Made by a program: the position numbers and the translations under genes
NCBI GenBank assembly: GCA_051294375.1
Contig: CM119266.1
Span: 4,586,573-4,650,572, forward strand
From: Paraspadella gotoi
Lineage: Eukaryota > Animalia > Chaetognatha
Length of the DNA: 64,000 bases
Direction of reading: 5' to 3'
Shown: positions 39,426 through 64,000 of the stretch, piece after piece
Layout of the letters: the number at the start of each line of letters is the position of its first letter
How positions within the stretch are numbered: the stretch's first letter is position 1
The notes under the pieces: model-generated
What the model saw: only the letters and a program-made list of their open reading frames with translations
Told to the model about the DNA's origin: nothing
The model's database searches: none

Positions 39426-40376
39426 ATGGCTTCCGGCGGCGCGAGCGGATTAGTTCGTAATCATCTCAAAGATGAAACCGGAAATACTAGTGAGTTACTT
39501 TTGTATATCGGTACTCGTGTAAACATTTTTTTTAACATATAAGTTTCTAAAAATATAATCTCAGGAAATGGATGGATCAAGCGAGACAAGCTGCTTGATC
39601 ATTCAATATTAGTTATTTTATAATTATTATTATTCTTAATTTAATTATTTAAACTTATTATTAATAATTTATTCTTGAGTCCGAGTGAAGAGCGACAACG
39701 CTGACGGGGACGAAGAAATCTTTCAAATCGAAATTGACTCAAAAAGGATTCGTTCCCTTGGAAAATCTCAGGCTTAAAATTGAAGGTGATTTCAATTTGG
39801 CTCCATTTTTCAAAAGCCACTCATTTTCGTTGGTTAATAAATGAACTCAATTTTAACCTTAATATTTATCCCTAATCTATATTACCCAACTCATTTGTAA
39901 TTTTAGCAAATCGTAAAGAATGCTATAGTTTTAGTATTGCACCGCCTCTCCTTTAAACCCTTTTTGGGTTCGAGACCTGATTAGTCAAATTGCTGAACGA
40001 TTTTAAACCTCTATTGAAGCATTATTAACTCACTTCCGAGTCTCGTGTGAAATGCACGAGGTATCTGGACCTGCCCCTCCGTCCCTGCTGTATAAAAATT
40101 AATGATATAATCCAATTATATCCAGTTAATAAATTTTATTTCAAACTTTCCTTCTCTCCCCCCCAAATTAAAAAAAAACAAAAGGCGCGACGGGCCTAAA
40201 ATATCGAAAATCAAATTCTCCCGCGTTTCTCTCCGTTGATTTCGTGGCGGGAAAAGGATTCGCTCCTCCGCCGCCCAAATACAAGTGGAACGAGCCGAGT
40301 CGGGTCTACGTCGCGACCTACGAGGATACGGTCATGGGGAACGGACAAGACGGGCGCAAGTGCAAGCAGGATTGAC
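39426..40376 (+). CDS. Possible small orphan multi-exon gene
   Basis: ATG exon MASGGASGLVRNHLKDETGNT ends at a gtgagt donor. ...KGFVPLENLRLKIE|G joins in phase to GATGLKYRK...KGFAPPPPKYKWNEPSRVYVATYEDTV...KQD*. One internal junction could not be phased. Confidence 0.35.
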
Positions 40377-41531
40377 GGGGCTGGGGAAAGAGACGGGCAG
40401 TAGGGCAGAGCAAGGGATTGAGGGCAGCACTGCCCGACATGGGTGAAGTGTAAAAATGACCAGACTTTAAATTGGGGGGGAGGTGAAAACTGATGCTTGG
40501 AACTTTAATTTAAATGACTTGTAATGGGGAAGAGAAGGGCCAACCCTTTTTGAGTTATTGTGACATTTTCAAAGTCATTTACTTTTCATTTTAACGTTTT
40601 ATTTTTATTCTCTCTCTCTCTCTCTCTCTCTTTCTCTTTCTCTCTCTCTCTCTTTCTCGCTGTGTTTTTTTTTTTTTTGCTTTCTTGTCAACTTATTTCG
40701 AAATATATATAAAAAACATTTTTTTTACTTTGTTTAATCAGATTTTTGCTAATTCATAAGAGTTGGAGTCAGACAAGAAATTAAAAAAAAGAAATAAAAA
40801 GGATATAAGTTTGAAAAAACAATGTCGGATCTGCATCATGATAATTTAGCGGTAAATAGCTAACGAGATTATAAATAATACCGATGAGATTTTCGGGTGT
40901 GAACCGATGATTTAAGCAGATCCGAAAATGAAAAAGTTTCGAGACATTTCGGTTTTGAAATTCAGAATTTGTTACGACATAAAATTCGAAAGAGAAAGAG
41001 AAAGAGGAAAAACCATTTGTCGTCAATTCCCTTCTTTTTTTTAGGATTCAATTCAATTTTATTTTCAGTTATATTTCTCGTTGCTAAAATTCAAAGCTCG
41101 TGTGCAGCTAGTGCGCAGTGCAGACTGCGCTGTGAATGCTAATAATAACCGCCTCACCCGATATTTTTCATTTCCTCCTTAATAAGAATTTAAGTGCGTC
41201 GCTCTTCGTATAAAGTTAAATTATTATCTCTTATTATTTACTATTTACTAGCTAATTTACTACGGCTATTTTAACTAGCGACAATAAAAAATCTAAAAAA
41301 AAAATCCCCAAGAAAAGTTTTAAAAATCTTGATTTTCATTTGACCAGAAAAAAAAAGTTGATTAAAAAAAAATGATGTAAAAAATTTTTGTTTGAACATC
41401 GGTCACCATCTAATATCTAACATTGTCACATTCCAGAAGAGTCAGGATAGTACGATGTCAAATGCTACTCGTAGATAACAAATTACATTCAATATGAGTC
41501 AAATCTTTGCTCACTGCTCTGGCTTAGACAT

Positions 41532-41562
<31 letters not shown>

Positions 41563-41650
41563 TCGTCCCTATCATATTCGAGATTTGAATTCCTTGGTTT
41601 GTTATCAATTCGTCGTGCGGGTCATTTGGTTAACCGAATCAAGTGGGAGA

Positions 41651-41758
<108 letters not shown>

Positions 41759-42378
41759 AGAGAGAGAGAGCATTTAATTTCCGTAAAAGACATAGATGCC
41801 AATAGCGCTAAGAGATAGTGAGTCTTCTGTCCCGAAGGAAAAAGAGTTTTTCTAGTCGATTTTTGGTTTAAAAAAAAATCTTTGTTCAATCATTCGTTTT
41901 CATAATCAAATTCGTTAATTAAATTCAAATTAAGTTTGGTTATATATAAATCTTATTGTTTTAAAACAGAACTTAAAATTTGCCTAAAATCCTGGATTTA
42001 GTTTCGCGACGATTGAGTCAAAATCGTTGATTCGTCGTCGTCGTTTTCGTCGTCGTCGTTTTCGTCGTCGTCGTCGTCACCGTTTTCATCGTCATCAGGG
42101 GTCGAGGATAATAATCGTCAAATTACGGACAATTTCTTTTTTTTATATTGAAAAAAAAAATTTCACAAATCTGTTACGCTTTTTAATCATTTTTTTTGGC
42201 GGCCATTTTTTTTTACATAGCGCCAGTAATACGGTGTCGCGGAAATTCGCGCCCCGTCACACACATATAAGTCACAAACATTAAGAACAAAAATAAAACA
42301 AAAGATCAGCGATCGAATTTGTTATTTCCGATCTTCGCCTGACGATATTCTTGACCCGCACGGATTCACAGATTCGTC

Positions 42379-52333
<9,955 letters not shown>

Positions 52334-52570
52334 GAAGCTAAAAAAATTATTATGAAATAGGTACTAACAATATAAAAATTTAATTTAATGAATAAGCTAT
52401 CTTGCCCCTGACTTTGAAAAGACTTTGGTGGTTTAAGGCCTCCATCACTCTTTCAAGATAATGACATAGCACTGTCATATCAGGTCCCTATATTTAAATA
52501 TAATCACAAATTTGATTGTGAATAAAATTTAATCATTCGGTTGAAATTTATTTGTGGGAATCATGACCTG

Positions 52571-52621
<51 letters not shown>

Positions 52622-52725
52622 TGCCCTACGACTGTTCTTTTTCGTAGTCAATAAGTTTTTTTTGTCTTTTTAACTATATTTTTTTCAGTTATATTAACAA
52701 ACGAATTTTGCTCTTTTGTCTCCAG

Positions 52726-57813
<5,088 letters not shown>

Positions 57814-57944
57814 GAATAATGAAGGATTGGAAATAATTTTAATAATTAATAGTTTGTATGATATATTAGTACCCTATTTAAATTTGTTTTATTTGTTATC
57901 GGAACTCTTTCAGTCTTTCATGCTCATTGTAAAATAACAACTAA

Positions 57945-58166
57945 TATGGTGGACTAAAGTCCATCAACCGTTCATCAGCGGCCATTGGTGCAGGTGGCAA
58001 GTCATTCGCCTCCTAACCCAAACGTCCGCGGTTTAAGCCCGGTGGTCGCCTTGCAGTTAAGAGGGACGGGGCGATTAACCCGCCTGTAATACGGTGTTAC
58101 AGCCTGATCCTTAGCTCAGGGACTGCTTATATTGAATAATACACAACAATCATTACAGTCTCTTCA
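57945..58166 (+). mobile_element. Solo LTR of the same tRNA-bearing TRIM family
   Basis: TATGGTGGACTAAA...CAGTCTCTTCA is homologous to the LTRs at 31.2-31.9 kb and is flanked by the 4-bp TSD CTAA. Confidence 0.92.
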
Positions 58167-59079
58167 CTAAGAACAATTTCATTATTCCTTGTCGCGACAG
58201 CAATTATCTTAAACATAGGTATATAAATCAAAGCTTCAAGTGTTAATTTCCATCCTGTATCTTTTCAGTCTCAAGAAAACACAAAGAAGACAAAAAGCCC
58301 AAAAAACTGAATGATGGAAAGAAAAGTAAAAATGCCGAGTAAATTTAGTCCGAGATATATTTTTTTAAATAATAAATGCGAGGATAAGAAATTGTATCAG
58401 AAGTATCAGTACGATTAGTAGTAGGTTGAATAGTAAAATTCGCCTATTACAAAATGAGCTTTGCTCTTTTGTTTTTCTTTCTCTCTGATCTCAAGAGGTT
58501 CGCCCATCATGGCGCCGCCCTCAGTTTATTTCACACGAAACAGTCGAGCATTAATAAAAATTAACACGAAGGATTAAAATTACATACACAATTATACGTA
58601 GAACTTAAATAAAGTTGATGGTCAATTAACAATCTTTCTGTCTAATGGGGATACATTTTGTTTTACAATAGTTTTTTTACCATTATTCGATTGCATTTCG
58701 TTTCAGAAGACAATAACTAGTTGTAAACATTCGCAATTTAAAGCCATTGGAATTTGAAAAAAAAAAATCTTTGCTTTGCTTTGCTATACCACCTCTATTT
58801 TCTAACTTCTAATATTTGTATTCAAAACATGGTCGTCAGGACTTTACACTATGAATCCTTGTTTAATTCTCCGACAGACAGTTAAACTTAAAGAGTAAAC
58901 GAGTGCAAGTGTACTTGGCTCACAAATGTTCTTCTTCGTTAACCCGGATTATTACTAAGTATGCTGGAATGACGACCTCAAAGAATCTTCAATCAGGTTT
59001 GAAAAACGTTTTCATTCATGTTAAATAAGATAGAAGAACTATCACTTTTGACCGTTTATAAATTCTCTTAAGGACCGCA

Positions 59080-62000
59080 ATGGCTTTGGCGTGCTTCGTA
59101 TGCGGAGACAGCGAAGAAAACAAAAACAATTTGACGAAAAAACTCTACCTTCGCCCTCTACGGATTCGGGCGAGTCGCGTAAGAAAAAGAGCCTCTTGAC
59201 TCTTGACAAGAGTCTTGTGAGATGAAAGATAAATCTGAGCGACTTTAGACCGGTCTCTCTCTATAAACCCTTCCTCTCTCCTCTTTCTTCCGCGCTTATA
59301 ACCGGCAAGTAACCGTCATCATTTCTTGACTGTTTCCACAACAGAGTCCCGACGCGTCAGGTCGAACTGATGACTCCCGTCGCCGTCAGCCTTTCTTTCC
59401 TTTTCTCGAACATCACACCTTCCCCGTCAACGCCTCGCCCCCTGACGAAAAGGGCTACGTTAGTGGTAAATGAACTCTTCAATTCATTGATGAATCTGTT
59501 TTCCTTATGGATATATTATTAAAGAAGATCGGGGGTAAGATTTTGTGGTACAAATTTTTATTAACGTATTCTAAAATTATGTTCATGATTTAAAGGTACC
59601 CCTTTAAACCTTTCCCCACTATGTATCCGTATCAGAACATACGATACTCTTTGTGTTCAGCCTTTTAAATATTATATTCTAACAGGAATGTTGTATGATA
59701 TTTATTAGAAAACTTGGACAGATTGCACTCTGACCTTGTGTTCTATTGATGCTCCCTCTATTTCCAGAAGACGACACTGACCTTCCCTGAATGAATTATT
59801 AGATATGATGATAATTAAATAATATTTATTAAATAGTAAAGCCTTGAACATTAATATTATAAAATAGAAAAATAGAAAATAGTGAAACAAGCAATTTGCA
59901 TATGTAATTGGTACAACAATTATTCCATAGCTTTCGATACGTGCAATCTACATTAATAATTTTCTTGTTTTGTCAAGTCATGTCTAGTAGTATTGTAGGA
60001 GTATTATAGTATTGGCGACCCTGCTCGTCCTCGCTCTTAATTGATAAATTTTTCCCGTTCTCAGCTTGTAACATCTGCTTCGCGACTTTGGTGGAACAGT
60101 GGAATTCGTACGAGCGAAATGGAACTTCGTTGTCAAAGCGTCTCTACTGGTTGAAGCGCGTGGACCAGAGTCTTGACGCGACCGGAGATTCTCCTGTCAA
60201 ATTGGAAATGGAGGAAACGGTTCGTCTGAGGGGGACTATGGAAACAGCCGGATTGCCGGTGATGCCCATTGGGATGGGGCATCTCACTGTTGGCTTTGGG
60301 GTCTTCCGACCCTCAGTGATGCATCCAGTCACTGGCGCGGTTACCCTAGGACGGTCTCGCTTTTCCAGCCTAAGGGAAGTCGTTAGGACTGTGGATGGAA
60401 CACAACGACTGGGATGGTGTGTTCCCCCTCTGAGCCAATGGGATTGGCAGAACGGCGATGGACGTGAGGCGGTGTGAATATACCGTCTCCGTTAATTACA
60501 GTACCTTAGCTTATTATACAATATACATTTATAATTTGTTGTTATCTATCGAAATCCGTTATTTCGCAAATAACACTCCTACCTTTCAGAACGCGACGAG
60601 CCGTTCCAAATTGTCTTCGATGTCAACAATGTCTCAATCCGCCAGCGAGTCTCCTATCAATCCCCCCACGACGGGATCTTCCACTGAATATTTTCCTTCG
60701 AATCGCGATTCACCTAAACATTCTCCTTCGCCTCGACGACGCGATTCCACCTCGAACTCGACTCCGCTCGACCACGGCCCCGTCGCCCCCCTCACGTTGG
60801 AGCGTTTTCCGGAAACGACGGTGGCGCGCGGTCCGCCCAAAAAGTCCTTTTCTTTGTCTCACTTCTCCTCCGCCCACAAATCGAACCCGACGTCGGGATC
60901 ATCGTCCCCCAGCGCCACCTCCACCTCCGCCGCCCACAACGCCATCTCTTGTTTCACTTGCGAACGAAATTTCGATCGAACTGAATCCAAGATCATCTAC
61001 GCCAAGGAAATCTTTTCAGGTTTTCGCTTTTTAAAAAATAAATATTAAGAATTTTGTAATACCTTTTTAACTATTTTTACATATTTAATCCTCAAGTTAT
61101 GCTTGACGGTTGATAAATACAAATGTGACAGAGCACTTTATGTGATTTTGTATTGCTGTTGCAATTGCTCTTTGCTCCTAGGATTTTAATAATGTAACTG
61201 TTTTCCCTTCATAATCAATATTAATCATTTCATATTATGAAAAATTGCAAGATTACTTGTTTTACAATATGTCTAAATTGGATTTGATTGAAAACTAATT
61301 ATTATGAATTAGTGATAACTCGAAAAATTTTAATCAAGATTTAAATGACTGTCACTATTTCCCTCTCTTCTTAACTCCCTGACATACGTAGTAAGGGTGA
61401 AATCCTAACATTGTTCTCAACTAGCTACTATAATCTTTCTTTCCAGGATCACCCCATTTTCCATTTCTGGGCCACAGAGAATGTCCCAAAGGAGGTGTTC
61501 CTCTAAGCGGCGAATCAGGCCAAACGCGAGTCTGCTTCAACTGCTACAAATCTCTCTCTCATCAGTGGAGGAATTTCACGCTGATGAGGCAACCAGATGC
61601 GGAGAGAGAATACAAAATTCCTCCCAAGACGCCTGACGGTAAAAAGATAATATTTATTTCCTTTTTTTAATAAATATTTGCTTCAGTTGCTCTTTCGACT
61701 AATGATTGACTGGGGGAATAATTTTGTATTGGTCAAAATCAAAAATTTAATGCCTGTATAGAAGGGTGGAGTGATGAAAAGTATAGTATAGAGTATAGGG
61801 AGTAGTCCACTTATATACAATTAAAAATTCTTTGAAATTTTATTCCACTTCAGTGATAGGGAAGCCAGGTACACTGCCACCGTGTCACTCTGGGAGTGAA
61901 TAAACGAGACTTGATTAAAAATTTGCAGGGACTTATCTTGTAAGATCTTAAACCTCCAAAGCCTGCCCTTGATCATTGGCAAGATAGTTTATTTATTAAA

Positions 62001-64000
62001 TAAATGTATAATTGTATATTTATTGTATCAATTTCATCAAATGCTTTACTCAATAACATTTTTTTTTCATCCAGCACGGTCCGTCAACGCGCAGGGATCA
62101 TTGTGTTACACTTGCGCCAAACGCGTTTCTTCTGCGGAAGAAAACCGACCGAGTTTGGTAGAGATTTTCGCCTCGCCTCCTCTCAACGTCTCCGAACCCA
62201 TGTTCTTCCCTTTCCTCGAAAACGTTTCTCCACCGAAAGGTTTCTTTTTGGATTTGTTTTTTAAATCATTAAGTCTCACCATTCTCGCATTTTCCATTTT
62301 AAAAAAAGAGTTGGTTTCCTGTTGCAGGCGTGATCCGCATGGGCGCCGACCGTCGCGTCAAGGTTTGTCAAACTTGCTTCTCTTGGCTGCGGAATCAATG
62401 GATGGCCAACGAAGAGGCCAACATTCCCCTCGAGCGAAGGGAATACACTTTGCCGGAAGGAGCGGACAAAGTCAATCGTTCTTCCTTAGGTCAGAACGCT
62501 TTCCTCACTTTTCAATCACTTTCCAATCATTTTCCTCACTTTCCATCATTTTCGTCCCTTTCCAGTAACTTTCCTCACTTTCCAACATCTTTCCTCACTT
62601 TCCAACGTCTTTCGTCACTTTCCAACTTCTTTCGTCACTTTCCAACATCTTTCGTCACTTTCCAACTTCTTTCGTCACTTTCAAACTTCTTTCGTCACTT
62701 TCCTACTTCTTTCGTCACTTTCCAACTTCTTTCGTCACTTTCCAACTTCTTTCGTCACTTTCCAACTTCTTTCGTCACTTTCCAACTTCTTTCGTCACTT
62801 TCCAACTTCTTTCGTCACTTTCCAACTTCTTTCGTCACTTTCCAACTTCTTTCGTCACTTTCCAACTTCTTTCGTCACTTTCCAATCACTTTTGAGACTT
62901 TCTCTTTAGAATGTGTACTATTTTACATTTTAACTTTTGATTTTATGAAATTGGTACTACCAATATAAAAATTATCCATTCATTTATTTTTAGGACGACT
63001 TTCCGATAAGCTGCCTAAGGTTTCGTCCATTGCAGAGGAATCAAGTTTAACCAGGTTTAGTCAGCAGTGTCTTATTTAGTTGTGTATCAAATTTAGTTAA
63101 CTTTTAGTTGGATCTGCTTATCAGCAGATCCCGACTCTATAATTCACTTTATCGGTCCGCCCCCTCAATCTTGTTAGGCATTCACTTGTATCATGTCAAA
63201 ACATCCGTCCCACCTTAGCAAAAAACACCAATTACTCGTGATTGGATGGATGGATTGGAATGAAATTTTGTGTGTGGGTAGGGAAGTGTGTGATTGAGTT
63301 GGATATGAAGTTTCGATGGAATCGTCCGAGTGGAAATGAGTTTAAATGGAAAAAACAAAAAAATATATTACACTATTTGAACGCCAATTACTCATGAGTG
63401 GATGGGGCGATTGACCTGAAATTTTGTATGTGGGTAGGAAAGTGTATGATTAAGTTGGAAATCAAGTTTCAATGGAATCGTTTGAGTGGAAATGAGTTTA
63501 AATGAAAAAAAAACCTGTTTCATTGTAATGTATTCATTCAAATGTAAATGCAAGATGTATTAATTAATCAAATTAATCAATTAATTAATCAGTTAATCAA
63601 TCAAGTCAATCGTTATCGGTATTATTCTCAACGTCGTCATTGCTTTTGTTGTGGTTAGTGATGAAAAGACCTAAAAACAAACATTTGGGATCAAATTATT
63701 TAATTAACTTGAATTATTAAATTATTAATTAATTACCGATAATGATCGTGGGCAGATCCGACATTGTTTTCTTTGTTGTTATTTTTATTTTTTCTTTGTT
63801 CCAGATTTGAGGAGGACTCCGACCCAAAAAAGGTGATTTTTATAAATGTTTTTTTTTTAATATTATTTTTTTGGGGGATAGGGTCTTACATAGCTATAAT
63901 CTATTCAAGTCAATAATAAATAACCAAGGGCATGTATGTTTTCGCTATTCAATTCCTTTTTTTCCCGAAAAGTACCGTAATTAAAACACTATTTTCCCGA
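59080..64000 (+). CDS. Plexus/GSE1-like protein with repeated CxxC...PxFPFL...CxxC...QW modules; 5' part only, runs off the window
   Basis: Three spliced repeats: CFVC...PFFPFLEHH...CNICFATLVEQWNSYE...RLYWLKR; CFTC...PHFPFLG...CFNCYKSLSHQW; CYTC...MFFPFLE...CQTCFSWLRNQW. Family assignment is from recall of Drosophila plexus-type repeats. Confidence 0.75.
60261..60485 (-). mobile_element. ~220-bp structured dispersed repeat, copy 2
   Basis: Shares ggtatattcacaccgcctcacgtcca, ggaacacaccatccca and gcgagaccgtcctagggtaaccgc with copy 1. Confidence 0.75.
62500..62890 (+). repeat. Intronic minisatellite, 20-bp unit tccaacttctttcgtcactt, ~19 copies
   Basis: Read directly. Confidence 0.95.
63228..63505 (+). 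repeat. Diverged tandem dimer, ~157-bp period
   Basis: ccaattactc...gaaattttgt.tgtgggtagg.aagtgt...gagtggaaatgagtttaaatg occurs twice. Confidence 0.8.

Noticed and set aside
57977-58050. Functional tRNA gene, or a twister ribozyme, in the LTR
   Set aside because: The anticodon and D arms do not pair cleanly and there is no T-run terminator; twister pseudoknot pairings could not be built.
60224-60260. Minimal hammerhead (ctgaggggactatggaaac)
   Set aside because: The core deviates from CUGANGA and the flanking stems are absent.
62500-62890. CRISPR-like array or repeat protein (also 50800-51250)
   Set aside because: Head-to-tail minisatellites with no unique spacers, inside introns of a eukaryotic gene.

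Overview
Intron-rich, AT-rich invertebrate animal DNA with GC/CpG-rich exons and many (GA)n, (CGA)n and (GAT)n microsatellites. Most entries in the ORF track are artefacts; the real genes are spliced and were rebuilt by hand with splice-phase checks. From left to right: (1) 1-9.4 kb is error-prone sequence with a 25-N gap, a ~540-bp duplication and fragments of a minus-strand gene; (2) a 4-exon gene for a small single-TM protein, probably mitochondrial; (3) an intronless class I eIF4E with a long repetitive N-terminus; (4) a TAX1BP1/CALCOCO-family autophagy receptor; (5) a cytosolic alpha-carbonic anhydrase with Lys at position 64; (6) a divergent innexin; (7) two tandem DC-STAMP/DCST modules that appear to splice in frame into one ~1,460-aa protein; (8) the 5' part of a plexus/GSE1-like zinc-repeat gene. 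Mobile DNA includes a complete TRIM whose LTRs carry a tRNA-like sequence (Helenus-like, 4-bp TSD), a solo LTR of the same family, two MITEs, a high-copy intronic repeat and a structured ~220-bp repeat. The best novelty candidate is the apparent single-chain double-DCST gene. All calls come from reading the sequence; no database searches were run.
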